Source of the DNA: Eledone cirrhosa
Taxonomy: Eukaryota
Reading direction: 5' to 3'
Assembly (NCBI GenBank): GCA_964016885.1
Contig: OZ024742.1
Coordinates: 77,872,001 to 77,936,000 of the forward strand
DNA length: 64,000 nucleotides
Of this stretch, positions 1 to 13,733 are shown piece by piece; position 1 is the first letter of the stretch, and the number at the start of each line of letters is the position of its first letter. A program made the translations under genes and the position numbers. The notes beneath the pieces were generated by a model. That model was not told where the DNA came from. It made no database searches and saw only the letters and a list, made by a program, of their open reading frames with translations.

Positions 1-2784
1 TATGTCTGTATGTATGTATATATGTGTGTGTGTCTGTGTATGTGCGTGTGTGCGTGTGTGTATGTGTGTGTATACGCATGAGAGACTTGTGAACCGAAAG
101 AGATTTAATGATGGTCTAATTATTGGGTCTTCTCACAACATATTTAGTTTACTAGCCAATGATGAGTCAAGGCATTTTTAAAATAGCAGGCAATTTCCGA
201 AAATCTGTACCCTACTTAAAGCAGAACATATTGGAGAGATTAGTTAACCGATATTACAGGGTGCTGGTCAAATATTGAATACCTTTTATGATATCTTTGC
301 TCAATAAGAGCTGGCCTCTGTCTAAATATCAATAGAAACGCTATTTATGTAATGCGGTGGCCTCGTATCAGACTTTTTTCATTCTAGATATAACATCGGA
401 ATCTCCAAATCACTTTGTACTGTCCTTAAAATACGGGATGGTAATTTTGATACCGTCATACTTGATCATAGATCAGCTGGATGGGTGCTGATTCGAGACA
501 AAGCATTAGCAATAATTACCTCGATTTACGCTTTTCATAATACGATAGTTGAAACCTATATACTAGAGTGAAGGAAGGCATGTTTCGCTATTTCCGACCT
601 GGAACGAATTATAAACAAGTTTGATTAATTATTTAACTCATTGATTTCTGAACAATTGCTTTAACTATCAAATGAATGTGAGATACCAGTGACGTAAATA
701 CAATTGTTAATGTTGCAATTTAGCTTAACGTAGAGCACCAGATAAAACAAAAACATATTTAGTTACGTGTATAAACGGTCCGGGTTCAAATCCCACAGTG
801 GTCAGCTTTGCTTGACATCCTTCCTGGACCGATAGAATAAATTACCAGTCAACTAAAAATCCATTTATTCCACTGTAGCTTTCTATATCATCGTTTTATA
901 TGGGAAATTAATATTATAATTTAGCTTATACAATGTTCGATCGAAATATAACTTCAATGATAATAAAATTGAGATGAATAATGTTTATATTCACTGTATA
1001 CCCATAAGATAACATACTACCTTGCGAAATTTGTAATTGAATCGATATACACTAAATATATTTGTTACATTAGGCTATTTATTATGTTACAACAGCATTT
1101 TCCTTTCGGCAATATAAAGAAACCTTTCATTAATTTGCACGTAATTCAGTGTCAAGATATTCTCCGTTCTCTTTGTATTTATTTCCACCACAACCATTTC
1201 TCTATCATACTCTCCCTAACCCCACAAACACTCTCTCTCTCTCTCCATCGCTCTGTCTCTCTCTATCTATTACTCTCTCCCTCTCTATCTCTCTCTCTCT
1301 ACATCGCTCTTTCTCTCTCTCTATTACTCTCTCCCTCTCTCTCTCTCTGTCTCTCTATTACTCTCTCTTTCTCTCTACTTTCTGTGTTTCTCATCTCTGT
1401 CCTTATAACTCTCTCTCTCGCCATCATTTCATCCTACTCTCAGAGGCACATATTCATTAACTTACGATCACTTCATCTGATATTATAATTAAATGGTGTA
1501 CGAAACATAATATATGTATAAGGATAAGAACAGAAAACACTGTTCTCCTATATAAAGATTCCATTTCTTGTAATATAATTCGCTTGGTCATTGTAAACCA
1601 AAGTCCACTTTTGTCATACCCTCACGTGTACATAATATTTCTCCTACCTAATCTAAGTTAAGCAATATTAACATCCTTTCCTCATTGAGAAAACGATACT
1701 AAAAATCTACCGTTTATATTCAGCTGTCACAAAGAATAAAATAACCGTGTATCACCTTAAACGGATGAGAGAAAGATCGTTTCCACAGAGAGCAGCTGCA
1801 ATTCGTAAGTAACTACTGTATCCTATTTATTATCAATTGTTAGTATAGAATGCCATTTAATATTTGAAATCTATAGCACAGAATTATTTCTTTACTGGTA
1901 TCTAGTCTATGTTTAAAAGCCTATTATTTACTTGGTAAAAGAGACCAATATGTTTTGAAGTGTTGACTGATGTTTGGCTCTCCGTTAGACCGATCGATCA
2001 AAATTATGATCAATTTCGATGATATTATCAAGGTCACACCGTCTTTCCCTCTAACACACTGTGTCTGAGATTACAATATGTAATGAAACTTCGTTTTTAA
2101 GATGATAGGACGAGGTGTCGTGGACGTTGGCTGCTATTCCTAGCAACGTTGGTGGCGTTTTCACAATTTTTGTTCCATTTCTTTTCTTTTTTTTTTTTTT
2201 TTATAAATGATAATATTATACTTTACTGATTCTTCGAGGTTGATACACCGCTAATATTCAGAAGGATCTGCAAATTCACGACATTAGGAATAATTTTTTA
2301 CCGTCTCATTTGGTATCTTTTTATAAGTATTTTCCTATACAAAGCAACATTTCCTTTCTTTAGCATGTAATATATATTTTGCGAAGCCACTGTAATTGTA
2401 AGATCAATTTGAAAAAGAAATACCACATATGCATATTTTTGAGATTAATAATCTCATAGCAGGATGTCGTCCTACGCATACCGAGCCAGTTGTCTATAAG
2501 AAGGAAACATAATATATATTCTCACAAATATTCGGCAAATATTCAAGCAGAGAACACATTAAAACAGTTGTAACAATATACGGACACTTGACGATAAGAC
2601 AGCAATTTAAAATGCAATATTACAAACACACACATACAAACATAAAAACACACACATATAAGCACACATGCTTATATATATATGTATATACATACATATA
2701 TATATATACACAGACACACACATATATATATATATGTATATGATGAAAGCACACCATAATTTAACTTGGTGTCCTTGAAATATG

Positions 2785-2820
<36 letters not shown>

Positions 2821-2853
2821 TATATATATATATATATAGGAAAAAGTATGACC

Positions 2854-2945
2854 CCCGACGGCAGAGCTCTAGCCATTTCAACGGCTATTTCTGGACTAAA
2901 TTAGAATTTGTAGCCTGGTGAAAAAATAGCCGAACTTGTCAAGGG
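2854..2945 (-). ncRNA. Type I hammerhead ribozyme, U3-A8 core variant
   Basis: Minus strand reads ccc-UUGACAA-guucggcuauuu...aaauagccguu-GAAA-uggc(uagagcucu)gccg-UC-ggg. Stems I, II and III all pair. Confidence 0.7.
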
Positions 2946-3427
2946 TGTACTTCCTTATATGGGAAGATTGTAGTTGTCAAGAGGATTGGTTGAAATTTGT
3001 TGTAAACACAAATAAGTCTATCATGGCACTTGGTTGGAGGTAGGGGTGGTATCAGCCCGTGTCTACCTACCCGGATCGTTATGGGGTTTGAGGGCGAGGT
3101 AAGTCCTACGCAATTTGTGTTTGCATGCGGTTACCAGTTCGTCTTTCTTGTTTAGGAGTTGGTCCTTCGAAAACAGCATTTATAATGTTTCCTCCGAGCA
3201 TAAGATACACGGACGGCGTCTTCCTGTGTAAGAGTTAGCTCTGGACAGTAAGCTCCAAGTGAGATTGTAGGTTATATTATTTTCTAGGAGGTCCCAGATG
3301 TGGCCCGAATGTGTAGTGGCATGTCGCCGGACCGGGTTTCGGAAAGTATGTCGGTGTTCGGAAAGTATGCCGGGTCCTGAAGTCACACGCGGTTAATCGT
3401 ATATAAGCTTTGTTGGAGGTGTCCGCC

Positions 3428-4289
3428 CTTTAAAAACATCTCCCTCCGCATATCTCTTTGTCCGCTAATGAGCAGATATTCGAGCAACACATGCCTCATT
3501 ACAACCAGGCCCTCAAGCGGAATGGCTTCCGGGAGGAACTATCCTTTTATCCAGCTTCCCTTAGCGGAACCAGCAGGCGTCACCGCCGCTTACGCAACGT
3601 AACGTGGTTCAATCTTGCCCATAATGCCGAGGTGGCAACACCTATCGTGAAAATCTTCTTTAGACTGCTCGAAAAGCACTTCCCCATGCAACAACGCTAC
3701 CACAACATAATCAACAAAAACACCATCAAACTCTCCTACAGCACCACACCTGACTTCGCACAAAACATCGTCTCCTCAAACAACAAAAAAACTCAACCCC
3801 TATGGAAGAAATAACCTAGACATCAGTGAACAGCCGACCAGGAGGTGTAACTGCCCTGATAGATCTACGTGCCCCCTCAACAACAAATGCCAAGAACTAA
3901 CGTGATCTACCAGTGCAACGTGAGGACGGACACCTCCAACAAAGCTTATATAGGATTAACCGCGTGTGACTTCAAGACTCGGCATACTTTCCGAACACCG
4001 ACATACTTTCCGAAACCCGGTCCGGCGACATGCCACTACACATTCGGGCCACATCTGGGACCTCCTAGATAATAATATAACCTACAATCTCACTTGGAGC
4101 TTACTGTCCAGAGCTAACTCTTACACGGGAGGACGCCGTCCGTGTAACTTATGCTCGGAGGAAACATCACAAATGCTGTTTTCGAAGGACCAACTCCTAA
4201 ACAAGGAAGACAAACTGGTAACCGCATGCAAACACAGATTGCCTAGGACGTACATCGCCCTCAAACCACATAACGATCCGGGTAGGTAG
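3428..4289 (+). pseudogene. C-terminal part of PLE ORF (RT thumb/linker + GIY-YIG endonuclease), disrupted
   Basis: Motifs YNQALKRNGF, VTWFN, KLSYSTTP, CNC..CPLNNKC, NVIYQC...AYIGLT..FKTR, HIWDL, CNLCSEE are spread over three frames with a stop and frameshift. Confidence 0.88.
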
Positions 4290-4379
4290 ACAAGGGCTGA
4301 ATCCCCCCCCCCCCCACACACACACACTTGCCGAATAAGTTAGGGGAAACCCCAGCTTACATAGGTAGATGTATCCTTT

Positions 4380-4975
4380 TTCTTTTTCTCTGTCTTCTTC
4401 TTCCCCCTGTCTCATCCTATCACTTCCTTCCACCCTCTATTTTCTTCCTCGTCTGCTTTTCCCCTTTCGCCTACCCCGAAGCAGCCCATCGGGCCTCTGT
4501 AGCATCAGTTCCCTCACCCATGTAATTTTAAGATAGAATTGGCCGAATACGTTTTACTAACTACTTATAGCAGATGTGTTAAACCCCTTTAATTTTGTAG
4601 TAACAAAACGGATACAAAATTAAAGGGGTTTAACACATCTGCTATAAGTAGTTAGTAAAACGTATTCGGCCAATTCTAGCTTTAAATTACAGGGGTGGGG
4701 GGAACTGATGCTACAGAGACTCGATATGCTGCATCGGGGTAGACGAAAGGGGAAAAGGAGACGAGGAAGAAATAGGGGGGGGGGGAGGAAGTGATAGAAT
4801 GAGACAGGGGGAAGAAGAAGAAAAAGAATGAAAGAAAAGAGATATATCGGGCCTCTGTAGCATCAGTTACCCCACCCCTGTAATTTTAAGATAGAATTGG
4901 CTGAATACGTTTTACTAACTACTTATAGCAGATGTGTTACACCCCTTTAATTTCGTATCAGTTTTGTTACTACTC
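4380..4975. repeat. Direct/inverted/direct triplication inside PLE 3' region
   Basis: 4488-4599 (+), 4597-4846 (reverse complement, reaching back to ~4380) and 4846-4975 (+) all contain the same ~110 bp segment. Confidence 0.85.
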
Positions 4976-5338
4976 AATTTCTACAAGTTTTTCTATTCTC
5001 AACTTATTAACCTGTAATTGTAAGATAGAATTGTGATTTTTTTCTTCATTTCTCACTATCTAAATTTATATATTTGTTTTATTTCTTTCTATTATCTTTT
5101 ATTGTCTCCTACTCTCATTCGATTTACCTATTCTATAACCTCCCTCCTCCACTTCATACACTATCCTTAGAATCTGCTGTATACATATCACTTTCAACGC
5201 CTGACCGCTCCACTCACTCCCCTATTGTTCTACAGGCAAGTTCAGGCACCCCTACTTCCCACCAAATACCATGATAGACTTATTACAAATTTCAACCAAT
5301 CCCCTTGACAACTACAATCTTCCCATATAAGGAAGTGC

Positions 5339-5432
5339 CCCCTTGACAAGTTCTGCTATTTATTCACCAGGCTAAAAGTTCTAATTTAGTCCAGAAATAG
5401 CCGTCTAAACGGCTTCAGCTCTGCCGTCGGGG
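5339..5432 (+). ncRNA. Hammerhead copy in right pLTR (U3-A8 variant; GAAA mutated to TAAA)
   Basis: cccc-TTGACAA-...-aatagccgtc-TAAA-cggc..gccg-TC-gggg. Confidence 0.55.
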
Positions 5433-6266
5433 TCATACTTTTTCCTATATATATATATACGCGTGTGTATGTGTATAAATCCCGAGGAAAAGCTGGGGTA
5501 ACGACAGTTAAAAAAAGGTTCTTAATACATACGCATCATTATTTTATATCAATATAGAAATGGCTTCTACGGGACTAGACTTGTTTCGTTCGTATGAAAT
5601 TATCAGGATGATTTTATATAAATATTACAGTTCTAATAATTTAGAAGCTATTTCTATATAAATAATGATATCATGCCACCAGAGCGCAGGCCGGTTTCCC
5701 ACCCAGACTGCACTCTACGATATAATAAGGGCCTAGATGTAGATTGTAAAATATAGATATTTTACAATTCTACAATTCTCAGACTTTTTGTTCGAATGAG
5801 CACTAGACATAAGTTTCATTTCATATCCTTTATTCTATAAAATTCCCAATCTATTTCAAATATTGTTAATAAAATTACTTACGTCTGTTATCAGTATATC
5901 TAGGGCTGCCTATCTATTTATTTATCTATCTTTATTTTTGCAATTCATATTTGCACAAATGGCTACGACGTTTATATTATAACATTTTAAATAAATGCAT
6001 ACGTTTGAATCACTATTATATACAAACTTCCAGAATATAGCAACTGAAGAAGGTTTATAGGAAAAATACATATTCTGTTTCGCATTTTCTCTATTGACTA
6101 TTGTACACAACATGGCAATATCTACGTCACTGTATCTGTTTATTTTTCTATATTTTTTTATTATTTTCTTCTTAATTCATTTTTTTTTTTTTTTAAATTA
6201 CCCCTAAAGCGTTTGCTGTATTATTTTAGATGATAACATACAAAAGTTGTGTATTTCAAACATGGT

Positions 6267-6576
6267 AGGTGATACAGATTTATATGTATCATGTATTATA
6301 TGTATATTATAGGGGATACAGGTTTATATATATATCGCATATTGTAGGTGATAGAGTAGTATAGGTATTGTATATTATAGGGAATACGGGTTTATATGTA
6401 TTGTATATAATAGGGGATACAGGTTTGTAGGCATTTTATATCATAGGGAATATACGTTTATGGGCATCATATATTATAATTGATACACGTTTATAAGCAC
6501 CCTGTATTATAGATGATACAGTTTCATATGTATCCTACATAATAGGTGATACAGGTTTATAGGCAGCGTATATTAT
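6267..6576 (+). repeat. Degenerate ~33-bp minisatellite (~9 units, consensus aggKgatacaggtttataKgYatYgtatattat)
   Basis: Repeated ggggatacaggttt/ggtgatacag motifs at ~33-bp spacing. Confidence 0.75.
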
Positions 6577-7078
6577 CTACTTTTCATTTACTGTGTGTCT
6601 TTCATTTCAGCATTCTATTCATATTTTAAAAAAACTTTTTCTTATCAAATAACGTTTCTAATAAATTCTCTGCAAAGTTGCAGTTGGTCTTCATTCCTGA
6701 ACTTCCACTAAGGTACTCTTGTACTCGGTGTGTTACCACGTGTATGGTTAGTATTACCGTGAAGTGGCTTAATCACCAACAGAATTTCTGCACCATTTGA
6801 TAAGATATCGACGTTTGCATTCGGAGGGGGATTACGTCGGTAAATTCAGTACACGAGTGCGTTTACCCGTACATCCATATAGGACAGTTTTTGTGTACCA
6901 CCTTCACCGATTCGATTCAAATCTATATTAAAAGACAATTATTGGCATGGAATAAGATCCCATACGTTTGAAGCATATAATTTCACTTAACCCTCTTTGG
7001 TATGATTCGTTATTTCTTTTTCTTTCATCATTATTTTTTTCAAATATTTGTAGTAGCGCAATATAAAATAGTGTGATC

Positions 7079-7202
<124 letters not shown>

Positions 7203-7672
7203 ACACTGATTCTTCGTTTTCCATTCTATCAAGGAGCATAGAGTGCTCAACCGGCATACCGCCTATCGACGCATCCAATCAACCTTACTACAAATATATA
7301 TATATATACTAGCAGTGTATCCTGGCGTTACACGGGTAAGAACATTGGTAATAGCACCTCAAATTAGAAACGTTTATTTGTGAGTGCCTGTTTAAAACTC
7401 AAGAACTGGACATACTCACCGACATCCAGAGTTGACATTGCACTCAGTGTTGCTGTGGGAACCCTGCATGGACACACTGGAAGAGGAAGGCCGATGTTAA
7501 CATATGTTGATGCCCTAAGGACAGGTACTGGTCTGTTGGAGACGCAGGACATGGCAGCGACAATGAGAGACAGAGATCGCTGAAGAGAACTTGTCCATGG
7601 ATCTCGGGCATATTACCCGCCCTAGATAGATAGATAATATATTTCATGTGTATATTCATATATATGTGTATG

Positions 7673-7753
<81 letters not shown>

Positions 7754-7829
7754 CTGTGTGTCTGTATATATATGTATATCTTACATATATATACAAGTGA
7801 AATTGTTTCTGTGTGTGTGTGTGTCCTCA

Positions 7830-8355
7830 TTTTTGCACCGTCAAGGAAGCCCCAGAGATGTCGCAGCCTCAGCACGTGTTTGCGCATCAGCAGCCACGAC
7901 ATGCCCATCACTCCACGCAACGGGCATTGACAGCAGATGGATCGTGTGACCATGGGAGCACGTCCCTTCCATAAAAAGCAGAAGAGGAGTCGCCCCATTT
8001 TTGTCAGAGTTGGGCTGGGGCAAGGCACAACGGTTAGTCTGTAGCAGATAACGGATGCGATGAACGCATTTTCCACCTCTGCCAGACCTTTCAGGGACAG
8101 CTTCCTCTCGGCCCATTTCTGGGTGAGAGAGGCCACCCTGTTCGTCACTTCGCTCCAGTTTTTCTCCATCAGCAAGTCCGGACCGAACCAGACCCCGAGC
8201 AATTTAAGCGGTCCTTCCGTCCAGAGCCCCACGACGCTGTCGGGTGGCATGGACTTGCCTCTCCAAGTGCCGAGCTGCAAGCCCACCGACTTTTCCTGGT
8301 TTAACTTTGCTCCTGTTACTGCTTTATATTCCGTGAGAGCTGTGCCGAGCATCTA
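7830..8355 (-). pseudogene. Non-LTR retrotransposon (L1/Tx1-type) RT C-terminal fragment
   Basis: GAKLNQEKS, LKLLGVWF, W..RKLSLKG, FLWKG and the P..GG.G-like region are typical of the post-RT domain of L1/Tx1 ORF2. Confidence 0.8.
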
Positions 8356-8658
8356 GACATGTCCGGCACTTGAATGGACCCGCTCTGAGTATGCGCCTGT
8401 AGACTGAGGAGTGGAAAACTGAGAGAGAGCGCTTGCCCTGGTGGTCAGGGTGGCCGTGGTCTTTTGTGTGGTTTTCGCTACGAGTGACCCTCGGAATTTT
8501 CCCCCCTATTGGGGAATTTTTGTTGTTTGAATTTTTTATATTTCTATCTTGTTATAACCTTTATTACACGGCCAAAACCCACGCTGGAGAGAACTCCTCC
8601 ATGGATCTCGGGAATTTGATGCGCCCTAGATAGATAGATAGATAGTTAGATAGATAAT

Positions 8659-8733
<75 letters not shown>

Positions 8734-8847
8734 TTACATAGATAGATAGATAGATTTTTATGTGTATATTTATATATATGTATATGTGTGTATATATATA
8801 TATATATGTGTATATGTGTTTGTATATGTATGTATATATATATATAT

Positions 8848-9276
8848 AAGCAAAATGGATATTTAATTTGTTGGTAATTCATCAAATATATATATTTATA
8901 ACTGATACGAAGCACTCGAGAAGTTTTCTGGAGTATATAATATTCAATGATATTAAATAAATGGAAACTATATTTATAAAACCACATTTATTCAGTTATA
9001 TATATTTCAAGGGTACCAAAACATTGGTACGCGCTCATCAGATAAAATACAAAGTTTGTTTTATAAATATTGACATATCCAGGAAGAAGATCTTAGCGGT
9101 TCAAATTTTTCTTGGATAGTATCCTGGAAAAAGCTCTTCTTCCTGGATATGTCAATATTTATGAAATAAGCTTTGCATTTTATCTGATGAGCACGTACCA
9201 AGGTTTTGGTACCCTTGAAATATATATAATAGAATAAATATGGTTTTATAAATATAGTTTCCATTTATTTAATATC

Positions 9277-9284
<8 letters not shown>
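8848..9284. mobile_element. ORF-less PLE foldback element: tail 8848-8940, inverted arms 8941-9094 / 9131-9284
   Basis: Arms are reverse complements and each carries a hammerhead. Related to 59006-59465 and 16963-17202. Flanked by (TA)n. Confidence 0.85.
9181..9231 (+). ncRNA. Minimal type I hammerhead (mirror copy on - strand 8994-9044)
   Basis: tat-CTGATGA-gcacgtaccaa ggtt ttggtac cctt-GAAA-tatata-TA-ata, with palindromic stem III. Confidence 0.75.
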
Positions 9285-9355
<71 letters not shown>

Positions 9356-9691
9356 ATGTATATATATTTGTATATATGTGTGTGTATATATATGTATATG
9401 TATATATATATGTATATATATATGTATATATATGGGTGTGTGAATGTGGCGAAGATAATACGTCAGCAATGACGTGTTTGTAATAATGTCGTTATGCAAA
9501 CAGATATTATAAGGGCGCGACGGAGATCGATAACCGGCGCTTAATACCCCTTTAACTAAAGAAAATTGAAAAAACTGCAGTTAATATCTTTAGACCCCAA
9601 GGAATATATAAATGCAAGTCAATCGGAGTAGAAATGTGGATTTGTATAGACTTTGCAAAAATGTGGACACACACCCAGACAACTGCAGTTT

Positions 9692-9819
<128 letters not shown>

Positions 9820-9874
9820 CATACATATATATATACATACATATATATATACATATATATACATATATATATAT

Positions 9875-9933
<59 letters not shown>

Positions 9934-10221
9934 TATTTTATCTTGACTCTGTTTTCCGTTTATCTTTCACCGAAAGTGATTTTTCATTGCATCTCTTCTT
10001 TCCATGATATCCGGATTACATTGAGTTCTTCATACGGATTGGACACTACCGTAAACTCTTGGTAGATTTATCTACATATATATATATATATATATTTGTA
10101 GTAAGGTTGCTTGGATTCGTACGTAGGCGGTATGCCGGTTGAGCACTCTATTCTCTTCGGAGCAGAGTATGATGATATGGAAAACGAATAATCAGTGATG
10201 CATCGTAACACGAATTTATTA

Positions 10222-10312
10222 CGTATTACAATTGTTTCTCCGGCGAACAGCTCGAGGTGCGATCTGTTTGTGGATCGAATCTGACTCTGGATTCGCAAGT
10301 TCCTCAGATACG
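10222..10312 (-). ncRNA. Type I hammerhead with long stem II (mirror copy 13374-13464 has the cleavage-site U changed to C)
   Basis: cguau-CUGAGGA-(~60 nt, gcgaa/uucgc stem)-GAAA-caauug-UA-auacg. Confidence 0.65.
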
Positions 10313-10933
10313 TCTAGTGATTTCGGAGCAAATCCTCTTTCTACTCGACTCCGACCCTTCGAACTTCTATCATCTGCCTTCATCCTGTTTGCGCGGTAGT
10401 CCGATTGGGTGATAGTTCGGGACGTCATATTTGTGTATGACCATTCTAATCTGCCCACTGCCCATTTCCATTCAGGCGTGAGCTGCCACTCACCCTAATC
10501 CAGTCGCCAAAAATTACTGTTAAGTGTAGGAGAGGTGTTATGAACTCTCCTGCCACTCCCTGGCTTGCCTGTCTCCCTACACATATATAAATATTCCCAG
10601 CCATTAATTGCACACTTATCTGTGCGGACACACACACACGTACACACACACGTAGAGTCTGCGTGTTAGAATCACACATGTACTTACATATAGTCACCTC
10701 TCATATATAGGTACATTCATACATAGACATACGCACACACGTACGCATAAGGAACCCACATACATACATACATATATCTATCCATACAGTCACACACATA
10801 TATATACACATATATTTACACATATGTATATACATACACACACATATACACACCCATACACACAAGTACATATACACTCGCGTACATATGCTGTCAGTCA
10901 GGCCTACTCAGATATACACACACACACACACAT

Positions 10934-10994
<61 letters not shown>

Positions 10995-11609
10995 TATGTA
11001 CAAGCACGCGCACACATGCTTATATACACAGGTGTGTATACACACGCATATATATACACACACATATATATACACACCCACACACACGTACGCACACATA
11101 TGAAATTAAACTGTACAAAAATATTTGGAAAGTGCATAGAAACTTGCATATGATGCTGTACATCGGGTGGTTGTCAAAGAAATAATACGTGAAGAAATAC
11201 GTAAAAAATACAAAATAAAACGTACATATGGGGAATACGTCAAAGAATGCACGCAACATCTCACATAGCGGTATATACTATATGCAGACACACTTTGATA
11301 CATACGTTGACTGAGTTGGCATTATGGTGCTGACGTGAAATAATCCATATACATACAGAAATCTTATAAACAAAGTTACATACGTTATATATGTAGGGAG
11401 TACGGAAGAACAGTTGGGAACAGAGTATGTTAATGTGGCTGAAATAGAGTGATTTAGTGATGTGTGATACGGGATTGAGTATACCGATGGAAGTTGAACC
11501 GCCGTGTCCTGGCTACTGCGGCAGCGGTGTTTAAGATAAGGTACAGAGTTAAATGTGCGGCATTGCGTATGTCCACCTGCCCCACAGGGCATACATAGTC
11601 ATCAATGTA

Positions 11610-12900
11610 TGGTGTCAGATCCCATGGACCCGCGCATCCACCCCGACTGACGTCCGTTTCCCCGTGTGGCTCTTGTTGGGGCCATCCGGGGGTACGCATG
11701 CACCTTCACTGGTGTCTACATGTCATGATGATCTCCCATTTCAGGTTGACTGCGTCATCCTTTAATCTCACTATCTCCATGGCCTCTGACAGGCAAAGCC
11801 TGCACTTCCCCTCGCCGGCTGAATATGCTCTGGCAGTTGAGATCATACATGGGGCCGCTGTCCTTCAGGTTCCATATCAGGTCCACCAGCCTAATGGAGT
11901 GTCTTTTGCTCCGGTCCTTAAAAGAGTTCGTGTGACCGTACATCCTCGATTTAAAGGTTGTGGATGCTGCGCCGATCTAGGTGCGCTTGGTGTTGAGCGT
12001 GTTAACCACACATTTATACACGACGCCCTTCGTTAGGCATCTTCCGTTCAGAGGACAATGTTTGCCCATTCGGCAGTTGCTTTTCGGGCTGTATGCTGCT
12101 CATACCTTACGCTGGTTCCTGGCCTTATTGCGGCGTTCTCCAGATTATCTGGGTGTTGTTCTGCCGGTACGGTGGGCTCCTTCCTGTCGTTCAGTTCCAC
12201 CTGGTAGCCGAGTACTGCGTCTTCCACAGGTAGATAGGCTACTGTGGAGAGCGGGCCATTGTAGGTGATCCTCCCGGCCCCCCAGGATCGTCGGTCGTCT
12301 GCCGTAGTTTTCGGTCGAAATTCCCCAACTTCACCGCATTGGTTTTGGCCATATAGTCTGCCATGTTAGGTGCGGTGGAGAAGGAGAACTTCATTGTGTG
12401 GCAGTTGAATATCCTGTGGTACCTGTTCGATGGCGGGAAGCACTCATCCAACGCTCTGAAGAAGAGGCCTGGTACATTGTTTCATACATGTTTCGAATAC
12501 GACGCGTTAAACCACGTAATAGTCTTAGACCTTGTCCTATTCCGTCGTCTGTGAAGTAGTGTGTGTGGGTTCAGGTTTCTCTCCCGGGTTGTGCCTACCC
12601 GTTAGTTCATCCCTTATGTTACCGCTATTCTTATATCTATCATGTGCGTCCGGGTTACACCGTTCGCTTACTAAAATATATTCTGTTCTATATTGTCGGC
12701 CCTATGGGTAATCCCGTTATTGCTATCTGGTGCTAGGGGCTATACCTATGCTATTGATCCGGGTTTTCTCTCCATCTGGTTCCACGTACAGTACTGCCTT
12801 TACTCTGTCACTAGCTCTATTTCCCCCGTCGCATATTGTGCTTGTGTTGAGATCATGTCTGCGTGTACTATGAGCTCTACCTTCCCCGTGTGCCTTCGTC
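11610..12900 (-). pseudogene. Decayed PLE linker + GIY-YIG endonuclease
   Basis: ITWFNA.Y, FP...RYHRIFN..T.K.SFSTAPNM, CPLNGRCLTKGVVYKC, FKSRMYGHTNSF, CRLCLSE are present with stops and frameshifts. Confidence 0.85.
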
Positions 12901-13601
12901 TGTCTTCGTGTCAGTTTTGTGTACGTGTGTGCGTATATATGTGTATGAATTTACCTATATATCAGAGGTGAACATATATATGTACATGTATGAACGCTAA
13001 CACGCAAGCTCTACGTGTGTGTATGTGTCCGCACAGATAAGTATGCGATTAATGGCTCGGAATGTCTGTATATGTGTGAGCACACGTGCTTGTGGGTGTA
13101 TATGTGTAGGGAGACGGGCAAGCCAGGGAGTGGCAAGAGAGTTCATAACACCTCTCCTACACATAGCAGTAATTTCTGGCGACTGGATTAGGGTGAGTGA
13201 CAGCTCACGCCTAAATGGAAATTATCAGTGGGCAGATTAGAATGGTCATACACAAAGATGACGTCCCGAACTATCAACCAATCGGAGTACCGCGCAAACA
13301 GGATGAAGGCACATGATAGAAATTAGAAGGGTCAGAATCCAGCAGAAAGAGGATTTGCTTCGAAATCACTAGATGTATCTGAGGAACTTGCAAATCCAGA
13401 GTCAGGTTCGATCCACAAACAGATCGCACCTCGAGCTGTTCGTCGGAGAAACAATTGCAATACGTAATAAATTCGTGTTACGATGCATCACTGATTCTTC
13501 GTTTTCCATATTATATATATATATATATATATATAAATATATATACATATATATGTTTATATACATATACATATACATATATATATACATATATGTATAT
13601 A

Positions 13602-13733
<132 letters not shown>

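Larger units (their letters stand above)
2838..5447 (+). mobile_element. Penelope-like element (Nematis-like), 5'-truncated, with inverted 3'-end copy (2838-3427) joined head-to-head; flanked by (TA)n
   Basis: 2838-3050 is the reverse complement of ~5250-5447, and 3050-3427 is the reverse complement of ~3925-4300. Both ends terminate at ...TTTTTCCTA|(TA)n. Interior encodes PLE thumb/linker and GIY-YIG motifs. Confidence 0.9.
10096..13511 (-). mobile_element. Penelope-like element (Nematis-like), 5'-truncated; tail 10096-10174, inverted arms ~10175-10743 / ~12918-13511
   Basis: Arms of ~570 bp are reverse complements. Decayed GIY-YIG coding region lies between them. (TA)n on both sides. Confidence 0.9.

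Noticed and set aside
6267-6576. CRISPR-like periodic repeat
   Set aside because: Contiguous degenerate units without unique spacers, no cas genes, eukaryotic context.
8941-9284. Foldback elements as DNA-transposon MITEs
   Set aside because: Asymmetric tails, hammerheads and the same layout as RT/GIY-YIG-coding copies point to a PLE origin rather than TIRs.
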